Assembly (NCBI GenBank): GCA_964566455.1
Contig: CAZMKH010000001.1
Location: forward strand, 2,469-35,291
Length of the DNA: 32,823 nucleotides
Reading direction: 5' to 3'
From: an uncultured Campylobacteraceae bacterium
GTDB taxonomy: Bacteria > Campylobacterota > Campylobacteria > Campylobacterales > JALSKU01
The notes beneath the pieces are model-generated. The model was not told the origin of the DNA. It saw nothing but the letters and a program-made list of their open reading frames with translations, and made no database searches. Positions 19,036 to 27,911 of the stretch are shown here, one piece after another. A program made the position numbers and the translations under genes. Positions within the stretch are counted from its first letter, which is position 1, and each line of letters begins with the position of its first letter.

Positions 19036-21622
19036 TTTTGCTTTTGCAAAAAACAGTTGCTACTCTATCAAAACAGAAGCAGGTTTGTTTACACCCATAT
19101 ATCCTTACAATATATTTTCACAAAGAACATGCAAATTGATAGAACTTCCTTTAAAGTTTTTTGGAAATGAAGCTTTTATAGGATGTTATAAAACAAAAAA
19201 AGAGGTATATAAAAGATATAATTTTTTAAAAAGAGTGGTTTTTCATTTTAAAAATGAAAAAATTGTAAAAATTACTCCTGTGCAATATACAAATTTTATT
19301 ATTTTTCCATATTTTACAAAAAGTACTCAAAAAAAACTAACAAAATACAAAAAAGAGTTTTTATCAAAATTGGATAATTTAACACCGAAAAAACTTGTTA
19401 AAAAAATTCCAAAGTACTTTTACGGAAACGGCATAGAGGTAAAAAATATTGACAGTATATCTTTGCTTCCCATACCTAATATATTTGCTTATTATAAGTA
19501 TTATAAAAAGCATCATTTGTCAAAAAAAATGATAATTTTATATAACGGTATTTATTCACTAAATGATATACACAAAAAATTTCCAAATATAATCAAAAAA
19601 ATATCTAACAAAATATTCTTGCTAAAAGCACCAATATACATCTCAAAAACAGCATCTTTAGTGATAAAAAATTCAAAAGTTCTGCTTGAAAGCAAACCAA
19701 AACCTGTATTTATACTATATCACGGAAATCTTTATATAAACAATTCAAACTTTATAACTTATGATGCAAAAACAAAAAGTTATGCAAAAAGAGAGAAAAT
19801 CAAAGAAGAGGAAATCTTACTGGTAGGCAAACAAAAGCCTAGACCATATTTTTTGGGACTTTCAAACTCTTATACTCTCTTTTTAAATTCAACTTTCAAA
19901 GGGCTTGGTTTTCATGACGGTGTATCAACTTTTGGAATTTCTCTTGCACAGCTTCCTACTTCCATAATGCATGTCTCTAATATTTTAAATTTTTTAAGAG
20001 CAAAAAAACCAAAAGGCACATATGTCGGAAATGAAATATATGATTCTATGATGGGTTTTTACTGTGCAAATGCAAAAAATGTAAATATAGTGGGAAATTA
20101 TATGCATGATAATGTAGTTTACAACATTGACCCGCATGATTATTCAAAAAATATTTTAATTGCAAGAAATCTTTTAAGCAATGCTCGTCATGCTCATGGT
20201 GTTATAATTTCAAGAGGAGTTACAAAGACATTCATAGCACAAAATATATCTATCAAGAACCACTCCAACGGCATTATGCTTGATAGAATGTCTCTTGACA
20301 ACACGATTTATGACAACCTTACTTTTGCCAACGGGTATTCCGGCATATCTTTTCAAGAGAGTGACAATAATATCATAGAAAAAAATATAGCAGCATATAA
20401 CTTAATAGATGGAATTATTCTCAGAAACTCGCTTAATGTACTTGTTAAAAATAATAAAATTTTTAAAAACGGAAAAAACGGTATCGAAATTATGAGTAAA
20501 AATATAGATGATACCATTTATCGTGACTTTAAAAGAGACCCTTATCATAAAGCTGCATCTTGTATAATCACCAAAAATAGTATAAAAGATAATTATTTCA
20601 ACCAAATTACCGTTAAAAACAGGGCTGCTATCAAGTTTTACAATAACTATTTCAATAAAAAAAACATTAATTTATTTGGAGATGATTTATCACTCTTTAC
20701 AGATAAAATTATAAATAATGATTACAACTTTAAATTGTATGGAATAGGAAACAGATTTCACGCAGTAAGTATAGACGAGCTTAAAATAAGAGATACTTTT
20801 TATGATATTTTTTCTGATTTGTCATACTATAATGATACCGGCGGTTTGAGTTTGGCAGAAATTTACAGGCTCTTAAATATGTATAACCTAGTAAAAAATG
20901 AGTTAAAAAGAGAATCATCAAATCTGGTTGCAAAAGCTCTTGATGCTTATGCTTTTTATCAATTGAAATCAAGCAAAAACAGAAAAAATGTTATTAAATA
21001 TTTGAGTTACATTATCGAATCAGCCGTTATGCAAAATAAAAGTGCCACCCTATCTGTTAGTGAAATAAAATATGTTTTACCGATAAGTAAAAAAAATATT
21101 CAAGAAGCTTTTAAGATGGCAAGAAACCGAATGAAAAAGGGTGAGATTTTTGACAATGAAGATAAAAAAGGAAAGGTTGCCTGTCAATTTTCAAAATTTT
21201 CAAAAAAAGTTATCAAATCATACATAGATATATTTATGTATAAATATAAAAAGAGCAAAGCAAAAGATATTTTAGAGTATTTTAACATTTTAAACAAAGA
21301 CTTTTCGCTGATGCCTCCAAATATTTTCAAAAAAATGCAAGAGATTTACAAAGAAAAAAACAGTCCCAAAATAAGATATTATCATTTTATCAAATACAAA
21401 CTAAACAAAATGAAACAAGACAGACTGTGCAAAAGATATTTGATAAAAAATAAATATTTTCAAAAAGAAGCCAAAGATATACTAAAAAATGATTTACAAA
21501 AAAATTTTTACAGATACAAACCTCTTTTTGAGCATTATCTGTCACTAATAAACAGGCATAGAAACAAAAAACTTAATTTTGAACAAATCCTAAATATTTT
21601 AAATATACAAGGCAGGAAATGA
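18995..21622 (+). CDS. algG: Periplasmic mannuronan C5-epimerase (AlgG-like right-handed beta-helix) with extra N-terminal module and long C-terminal extension
   Basis: The signal peptide is MRKILIISLLLFFDFAFA from the ATG at 18995; the track start at 18983 is TTG. The central region has VYNIDPHDYSKN (DPHD at 20129-20140), HAHGVIISRGV, NGIMLDRMS, SGISFQESDNN and YRDFKRDPY. These parallel the P. aeruginosa AlgG blocks YGIDPHDRS, KHGIIVSREV, GIVLDRNS, DGITLYESSDN and DRDFKLDPF as recalled. Total length is 875 aa, against about 540 for AlgG. Confidence 0.85.
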   Translation: MRKILIISLLLFFDFAFAKNSCYSIKTEAGLFTPIYPYNIFSQRTCKLIELPLKFFGNEAFIGCYKTKKEVYKRYNFLKRVVFHFKNEKIVKITPVQYTNFIIFPYFTKSTQKKLTKYKKEFLSKLDNLTPKKLVKKIPKYFYGNGIEVKNIDSISLLPIPNIFAYYKYYKKHHLSKKMIILYNGIYSLNDIHKKFPNIIKKISNKIFLLKAPIYISKTASLVIKNSKVLLESKPKPVFILYHGNLYINNSNFITYDAKTKSYAKREKIKEEEILLVGKQKPRPYFLGLSNSYTLFLNSTFKGLGFHDGVSTFGISLAQLPTSIMHVSNILNFLRAKKPKGTYVGNEIYDSMMGFYCANAKNVNIVGNYMHDNVVYNIDPHDYSKNILIARNLLSNARHAHGVIISRGVTKTFIAQNISIKNHSNGIMLDRMSLDNTIYDNLTFANGYSGISFQESDNNIIEKNIAAYNLIDGIILRNSLNVLVKNNKIFKNGKNGIEIMSKNIDDTIYRDFKRDPYHKAASCIITKNSIKDNYFNQITVKNRAAIKFYNNYFNKKNINLFGDDLSLFTDKIINNDYNFKLYGIGNRFHAVSIDELKIRDTFYDIFSDLSYYNDTGGLSLAEIYRLLNMYNLVKNELKRESSNLVAKALDAYAFYQLKSSKNRKNVIKYLSYIIESAVMQNKSATLSVSEIKYVLPISKKNIQEAFKMARNRMKKGEIFDNEDKKGKVACQFSKFSKKVIKSYIDIFMYKYKKSKAKDILEYFNILNKDFSLMPPNIFKKMQEIYKEKNSPKIRYYHFIKYKLNKMKQDRLCKRYLIKNKYFQKEAKDILKNDLQKNFYRYKPLFEHYLSLINRHRNKKLNFEQILNILNIQGRK

Positions 21623-23274
21623 AAAAGGTATTACTGATTTTTTTACTGACAACTTCAGTCCTGTTTGCCAAAACATGTATTATTGCATACAGTGCGATAA
21701 AAATACCTCTTTTTCAAAAAGAAAAATTTCAAACCATATTTAAAGATAAAGCAATAATTGAAAAACAAAAAAAATATGCAGTCTTAAAACTTGGACCTTT
21801 TGATTTTATAAACAACACCAAAACAATGCTCACAAAAGTAAAAAAAGATTATAAAGATGCTTTCATTGTCAACTGCCAAAACAGTTTTCACAAAAAGAAG
21901 AAAAAGATACAATACAATAATTTATCAATGCTGACTCCATGTCGAAAAAATTGTAAAAATTTTTCTTGCAAAGAGTGCAACAACAAGCATTATTCATGGG
22001 AAATCAACAAGTCAACCATAAAAAAGTCTGTCAAGTTAAATATCAAGCCACTTATTGCATTTCCCAAAAAAACAAACTCCTATAAAGAAAACAACGAAAC
22101 AAATAATACCCGTTTAACATCATTTATCCGTTTTTATCTAAATGGAAATTTTACATATATACTTGGTCAACAGCCGATTAATTCAAATCGTCTCAGAGGA
22201 GATTATGAAAATACAAAAGTTGGTTTGCAGTATGGGTATTTTACCGATAACTGGAAATTTTATACTGATGACAGGATAATTTTATACAGAAAACATAAAA
22301 ACCATACAACAAACAGTTCAATTGATTTGGATATCAAAGAGCTTTATTTGCAAAGTTACGGACTTTTTGATAATAGATTAAATGTCTTGATAGGAAGAAA
22401 ACAACTTTTTGATGCAAGGTCGTGGTGGATCGACAAACCAATGGATGTGGCAGGTATTTTTAATCTCCATGACCTTTACCGATATGAAATCTACGCTGGA
22501 GGCAGACTGAACAATTCTACACTTTTTTCAGATGATACATCTCTTGAAACAAATCTAAAACATACAAAATTTATAATGGCACATTTTGATGATGAGTGGT
22601 ATTATCTCAATCATGCAAGCTTTTTTGCTCTTAAAGAAAAAACTGACCTTCATTCAAACAAAAAAGATATGCATTGGTTTGGAGCACGTCTTTTTGGTGA
22701 TAAATATATAGATGAAAAAGACAAAATAAGATACTGGGCCGATACAGGAGTCAACAACGGAGAATATAATAATCAATCAAAAAGAGGTTTTGCCTATGAC
22801 ATAGGGGCAATTTATAAAAAAGATGTAAATTACTCTTTTGGTTTGTCATTTGCTTATGGCTCAAAAGAATACAAACAACCTATATTTGCCGATAACAAAT
22901 CAAATTTTTTACAAAATGATATAAAATTTAGATATTACGGTGAATTTCTAGACCCTGAACTTACAAATATCTCCATTTTGTCTATATATGGCACATATAA
23001 ACCATCCACTGAAAAAACATATATTTTAGCCCTGCACAATTACAGACAAAATTCATTATCAGATATGCTACGTACCACAAGCTATATTATACCTACGAAC
23101 AATATACAAAAAAATATAGGCCAGGAGATAGATTTGCTATACCAGTATCAGCTATCTTTACGATATAAATATAAAATTACTTTTTCATATTTTAAAGGCG
23201 GCAGTGCCTTCAATCAAGTAGCTGAAAAAAAGGATGGATTGTATGCGAAATTCAATTTTACTTACTATTGGTAG
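21619..23274 (+). CDS. algE: Alginate-export outer-membrane beta-barrel (AlgE-like) with N-terminal extra module
   Basis: The 551-aa ORF has a signal peptide MKKVLLIFLLTTSVLFA. Barrel blocks parallel AlgE as recalled: KELYLQSYG...IGRKQLFDARSWWID (AlgE REFWVDYAG...FGRQRLRED..W.D), NFLQNDIKFRYYGEF..LTN (AlgE NFTGTRSRVHRFGEAF..LSN) and IGQEIDLLYQY (AlgE IGQELDLVV). The C-terminus FNFTYYW is aromatic. The ATGA junction overlaps the upstream stop. Confidence 0.82.
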   Translation: MKKVLLIFLLTTSVLFAKTCIIAYSAIKIPLFQKEKFQTIFKDKAIIEKQKKYAVLKLGPFDFINNTKTMLTKVKKDYKDAFIVNCQNSFHKKKKKIQYNNLSMLTPCRKNCKNFSCKECNNKHYSWEINKSTIKKSVKLNIKPLIAFPKKTNSYKENNETNNTRLTSFIRFYLNGNFTYILGQQPINSNRLRGDYENTKVGLQYGYFTDNWKFYTDDRIILYRKHKNHTTNSSIDLDIKELYLQSYGLFDNRLNVLIGRKQLFDARSWWIDKPMDVAGIFNLHDLYRYEIYAGGRLNNSTLFSDDTSLETNLKHTKFIMAHFDDEWYYLNHASFFALKEKTDLHSNKKDMHWFGARLFGDKYIDEKDKIRYWADTGVNNGEYNNQSKRGFAYDIGAIYKKDVNYSFGLSFAYGSKEYKQPIFADNKSNFLQNDIKFRYYGEFLDPELTNISILSIYGTYKPSTEKTYILALHNYRQNSLSDMLRTTSYIIPTNNIQKNIGQEIDLLYQYQLSLRYKYKITFSYFKGGSAFNQVAEKKDGLYAKFNFTYYW

Positions 23275-25519
23275 TATTTTTTTATTATTTGGCTGTGCCA
23301 ATCTCGATGTTGCCAAAAAAGCCTATCAAAAAGGTGACTACAATACCTCCATTTCCATATATAACCAATGGGCAAAAAGAGGTTTTCCAAAGGCCCAGCT
23401 AAAACTGGCCGAGATGGCGAACAGTGGAGTTATCAAAGCTTCACCCAAGTATATCATAAGCAATGCATTGTCAGCTTACAAAAAAGGATATAAAAAAGCA
23501 GCCAATATTATTTTTTACAATTATTACAAAATCGGAAACTTTAAAAAAGCAGGCTACTGGTTTGAAAAAGTAATTTTTGATACCATGGATTTGAAAACCT
23601 GTGAGGCATATTTGGCTTTTTTACAAACTCATATCGATAATTTTAAGTTACAGCAGCGATATTTAAAATCCATAGAAACATATGCGATAAAATCCAATAA
23701 TCCAAAAATACTTTATGCCCTGGGAAAATTTTATGAAGAGGGTATATTTATAAATTTTCAAAAAAGTAAAAAATATTATAAGCTCTCTTATCAAAGCAGT
23801 TTTATGCCTGCAGGCATAAAACTGGGTCTTTTATATATTTACAAATTAAACAAACCCGAAAAAGGTATAGAAATTTTAAAAAAACTTTCCAATCAGGACA
23901 ATGGTACGAGTGCATACAATATTGCATTATATCTCTTAAATCGGATGAATCAAGAGCTACAAAAACTTAACACACCTTGTATATCTTTTAATTTTAAAAC
24001 ACCAAAAGAGTTTTTTGTAAGAAAAATCAAAGCAGAAATTTTTCAAAGAAAATTTCTCAAAAAAAATGTTCTTCCATGGCTTTTGTATGCATACAAAAGA
24101 GGATATATCGCAGGAAAGCTAAAGCTTATCTCTTTGGATACTAAAGCAAAAAATTTTAATAAAAAAAATAACCTCTCAGGTATGAGTCTAAATGAAGCTA
24201 TCAGTTTTCTTGAACAATTAAATCTTTTTAGGGCAAAAATGATTTTAGCAAGTATCTATGAGAATTATCCCAACTTGCATCAATTAACAAGAGCAAAAAT
24301 AATTTACGAAGAGTATGAGAATATAAACAAATTGGATGCCTACTGGCATTTATATCAGTTTTATAAAAGATTTTATCAAAACGGTAAAACAAAAAATTAT
24401 TATCTAAACTATCTTATTTCACATAATTTTGCACCTGCAAAAATAGAAAAAGCATATTTTGATATCTTAAACAAAAAAAATATAGAAAAAAATATGAGTA
24501 TATTAAAATTTTATACTGAACAAAAAAATATCTTAGCTCTTACATATTTAGCTTCCATATATGCCTCAGAAAATAATATAAAAGAAAACAGTCTGGCACT
24601 ACACAAGCTATGCAGGCTGACATCTCCTCTAAATTCATCGCTGGATATGAAAATAGCAAAATTTTATCTCAAAGAAAACAAATTGACAAAAAGTGCTACA
24701 GTATACCAGTACTATGCCAAAGAGTTTCCAAATGCCGCATACTCACTTTCAAAAATCTATAAAACTTTTAATGAATGTAAAAAATATCTATACTGGCTTG
24801 AAACCGCAAAAAACAACGGTCTTAAACAGGCAGAACTTGAGCATGCCAAACTTATTTTAAAAGGTAAAATAGACGGGAATACATCAAAAGCTATCTCAAT
24901 CATAAAACAATATACACTAAATAACGACCCTGTTTCTCTACTGTTTTTGGGCAACATATATAAAAATGGTATAGCAGTCAAATTTGATCCCAAAAAAGCT
25001 GAAAAATACTATAAAAAAGCAATAAAACTGGGATATGACAAAGCGTATATAAATTTGGCCGGATTATATAGAATGTTAAATATCAATGGAGAATATGATA
25101 ATAAAATTTTAAAAATTTATGAAAAGTTAATCGAAAAAACCAATGATGATACTATAAGGCTTGAAATTGCACAGTTTTTATTCAGCAATAAAAAATACAA
25201 AAAAGCTTTAAGATATATCGAACAAAACAGATTGTACCGATATGACAAAGGAAAATATTTGTATTACAAATTAACAGGCAAAAAAATCAACTTTGGGAAA
25301 ATTACAACTACAAGCGATCCAAGATTGATTTTGTTAAATGCAAAATTTTTACAAAACAGGGATAGAAAAAAAGCACTTTATTATGCATTTGTTTCTGCTC
25401 TTTACAATACAAAAGGGAGTAGTGAATTCATTGTGAGACAATTAAAATTTTTCTCTCCAAAAACTGTAAGAAAAATTTATAAACAAGCAAAAGAAGACTT
25501 TAAAAAGGGTAAAAAGTGA
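23243..25519 (+). CDS. algK: Sel1-like/TPR repeat outer-membrane lipoprotein (AlgK-like), enlarged
   Basis: The ATG at 23243 gives MRNSILLTIGSIFLLFGC (lipobox). Many Sel1-type repeats follow, for example AQLKLAEMANSG, LGKFYEEGIFINFQKSKKYYKLS and LGNIYKNGIAVKFDPKKAEKYYKKAIKLGYDKAYINLAGLY. It sits between the porin gene and algA. The AlgK assignment rests on repeat type, lipoprotein signal and operon context, not on a specific motif. Confidence 0.7.
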   Translation: MRNSILLTIGSIFLLFGCANLDVAKKAYQKGDYNTSISIYNQWAKRGFPKAQLKLAEMANSGVIKASPKYIISNALSAYKKGYKKAANIIFYNYYKIGNFKKAGYWFEKVIFDTMDLKTCEAYLAFLQTHIDNFKLQQRYLKSIETYAIKSNNPKILYALGKFYEEGIFINFQKSKKYYKLSYQSSFMPAGIKLGLLYIYKLNKPEKGIEILKKLSNQDNGTSAYNIALYLLNRMNQELQKLNTPCISFNFKTPKEFFVRKIKAEIFQRKFLKKNVLPWLLYAYKRGYIAGKLKLISLDTKAKNFNKKNNLSGMSLNEAISFLEQLNLFRAKMILASIYENYPNLHQLTRAKIIYEEYENINKLDAYWHLYQFYKRFYQNGKTKNYYLNYLISHNFAPAKIEKAYFDILNKKNIEKNMSILKFYTEQKNILALTYLASIYASENNIKENSLALHKLCRLTSPLNSSLDMKIAKFYLKENKLTKSATVYQYYAKEFPNAAYSLSKIYKTFNECKKYLYWLETAKNNGLKQAELEHAKLILKGKIDGNTSKAISIIKQYTLNNDPVSLLFLGNIYKNGIAVKFDPKKAEKYYKKAIKLGYDKAYINLAGLYRMLNINGEYDNKILKIYEKLIEKTNDDTIRLEIAQFLFSNKKYKKALRYIEQNRLYRYDKGKYLYYKLTGKKINFGKITTTSDPRLILLNAKFLQNRDRKKALYYAFVSALYNTKGSSEFIVRQLKFFSPKTVRKIYKQAKEDFKKGKK

Positions 25520-26922
25520 AAAATATTATTTTAAGCGGTGGAAACGGTACAAGACTTTGGCCGGTAAGCAGAGAAAATATGCCAAAACAGTTTCTTAAAA
25601 TGTTTGATGATAAATCTTTATATCAACTTACACTTATACGCAATAAAAACTATTGTGAAGAAAGTATTGTAGTTACAAATGCAAAAAACTTTTTTATTGC
25701 TCAGGACCAGACAGAAGAGTTGGAAGTAGACAAAAAGCCTTTTTTTATAGTTGAGCCGATAGGTAGAAATACAGCTGCAGCTATAGCATTTGGTGCATTT
25801 GCTTCAACTAAAGATGAAATACTTTTCGTAACTCCGTCAGACCATTTAATCAAAAGTGACAAAAACTACGAAGATATGATTTATTTTGGGAAAGAGGCCG
25901 CAAAGGACGGCTATTTGATTACTTTTGGTATAACACCGACAAAACCTGAAACAGGTTATGGATACATAAAGACAAAAACCGGTAAGAAAATAATGGATGT
26001 TTTATCATTTTGTGAAAAACCGTCTTTGGAAAAAGCAAAAAAATATATTGAATTAAATCAAAACAATATGAAAGAAAAATATCTGTGGAACAGTGGAATG
26101 TTTATGTTTAAAGCAGGGATTTATCTTGATGAACTAAAAAAACATTCACCTGATATTTATGAAATGTCAAAAGCGGCATTTGACAATGCGATAAAAAATG
26201 ATTTTTTACGTTTAAAAACAGATGACATGACAAATATACCTGATATTAGTGTAGATTATGCAGTTATGGAAAAAAGCAGAAAAATAAAACTGGTTAAAGC
26301 AGATATCAACTGGAATGATGTGGGAAGCTTTGATTCACTTGATGAAGTATTTGAAAAAGATGAAAACAATAACACTAAAAATAAAAATTTAACTACTTAC
26401 AAATCACATAACAACTTTGTTTTCGGTCGCTACAAAACAATAGCTTTAAATGAAGTAAATAATTTAATTGTCATAGATACTCCATCTGCACTTCTTGTCA
26501 GTAAAAAAGGCAAATCTCAACAAATCAAAGATATAGTAAAAATCCTCAAAGAGAAAAACCCAGAATCAGTTAAATATGGAAGAACTGTTTACAGACCATG
26601 GGGGAAGTATACAAACTTACATACCGATAAACGCTTTAAAGTCAAAACCATAGTGGTAAATCCAGGTAAGCGCCTATCTCTTCAAAAACATCTTCATAGA
26701 AGTGAACATTGGGTTGTAGTAAAAGGAGTAGCACTTGTAAGAATTGATGAAAAAGAGTTTTTGTTAAATGTTAACGAATCCACCTACATACCGATAGGCA
26801 TAAAGCATAGACTGTCAAACCTTGGGCATATCCCTTTGGAAATAGTAGAGGTTCAAGTTGGAGAATATTTGGGAGAAGATGATATAATTCGTTTTGAAGA
26901 TGATTTTGAAAGAGTGCCGTGA
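25516..26922 (+). CDS. algA: Bifunctional mannose-1-phosphate guanylyltransferase / mannose-6-phosphate isomerase (type II PMI)
   Basis: The 468-aa ORF has (M)KNIILSGGNGTRLWPVSRENMPKQF, EPIGRNTAAA, PSDH and PETGYGYI in the N-terminal nucleotidyltransferase domain. The C-terminal cupin has QKHLHRSEHWVVVKG and EVQVGEYLGEDDIIRFEDDF. The GTG start overlaps the upstream TGA (GTGA). Confidence 0.9.
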   Translation: MKNIILSGGNGTRLWPVSRENMPKQFLKMFDDKSLYQLTLIRNKNYCEESIVVTNAKNFFIAQDQTEELEVDKKPFFIVEPIGRNTAAAIAFGAFASTKDEILFVTPSDHLIKSDKNYEDMIYFGKEAAKDGYLITFGITPTKPETGYGYIKTKTGKKIMDVLSFCEKPSLEKAKKYIELNQNNMKEKYLWNSGMFMFKAGIYLDELKKHSPDIYEMSKAAFDNAIKNDFLRLKTDDMTNIPDISVDYAVMEKSRKIKLVKADINWNDVGSFDSLDEVFEKDENNNTKNKNLTTYKSHNNFVFGRYKTIALNEVNNLIVIDTPSALLVSKKGKSQQIKDIVKILKEKNPESVKYGRTVYRPWGKYTNLHTDKRFKVKTIVVNPGKRLSLQKHLHRSEHWVVVKGVALVRIDEKEFLLNVNESTYIPIGIKHRLSNLGHIPLEIVEVQVGEYLGEDDIIRFEDDFERVP

Positions 26923-26987
26923 AATTTAAATTGTATAGAAATGTAAGTAATGAGCATAAAAACATATTCATGCCATACTAACCTCTT

Positions 26988-27878
26988 ATGAAAAATAGTA
27001 AAAATCAAAAACTATCATACATTTATGCTCTTAGTGCTGTACTTCTTTGGTCCAGTGTGGCTACAGCTTTTAAGATTGCTCTTAAGTCATTAAGCCCCTT
27101 GGAATTGCTGTTTTATTCTTCTTTAACGGCATTGGTTTTTCTTGCTTCAATGCTTATCATACAAGGAAAAATATATGAAACTTTCAAATATTTTCAAAAG
27201 CATATCACTCTTATAGTGATACTGGGTTTTATAAATCCCTTTATATATTATCTTACACTTTTTAAAGCTTACGACCTGCTGCCGGCCCAGGAAGCTCAAG
27301 CCATTAACTATACCTGGGCATTGATGCTCTCATATCTAAGTGTCATTTTTTTAAAACAGAGGCTTTCAAGATATGATGTTATAGCCGGTTTTATAGCATA
27401 TTTTGGGGTTCTTGTCATTGCTACCAAAGGAGATATAACTTCACTTCATTTTTCAAACAACCTTGGGCTTTTTTTGGCACTTTTGAGCACGATACTTTGG
27501 TCGTTTTACTGGATATTCAATACCAAGATAAAAGCTGATCCTGTTATCTCTTTATTTAGTAATTTTTTAGTGGGAGTGGTTTTTATATCACTATATTTTG
27601 TTTCAACACAAACTTTTCACATGCCGACTTTAAACGGGGTATTATCCACCATATATATAGGTTTGTTTGAAATGGGCATAACTTTCATACTATGGCTCAA
27701 AGCATTGAAATATAGTGAAAATACAAGCAAAACCGCCAATTTGATATTTTTATCACCTATTTTATCTTTGGTTTTTATCCACTATATAGTGGGCGAAACC
27801 ATAGAGACTTCTACCATTGTAGCTCTAGTGTTTATACTTTCCGGACTCTCTTTGCAAAAACTCAAATCTAAAACCTAA
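26988..27878 (+). CDS. DMT superfamily (EamA-like) transporter
   Basis: The 296-aa ORF has about 10 predicted TM segments arranged as two EamA-like halves (for example LWSSVATAFKIALK and LFEMGITFILWLKALKY). The substrate is unknown. Confidence 0.8.
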   Translation: MKNSKNQKLSYIYALSAVLLWSSVATAFKIALKSLSPLELLFYSSLTALVFLASMLIIQGKIYETFKYFQKHITLIVILGFINPFIYYLTLFKAYDLLPAQEAQAINYTWALMLSYLSVIFLKQRLSRYDVIAGFIAYFGVLVIATKGDITSLHFSNNLGLFLALLSTILWSFYWIFNTKIKADPVISLFSNFLVGVVFISLYFVSTQTFHMPTLNGVLSTIYIGLFEMGITFILWLKALKYSENTSKTANLIFLSPILSLVFIHYIVGETIETSTIVALVFILSGLSLQKLKSKT

Positions 27879-27911
27879 TATGATATAATTCTTCCAAAAA
27901 AAGGTAATTTG

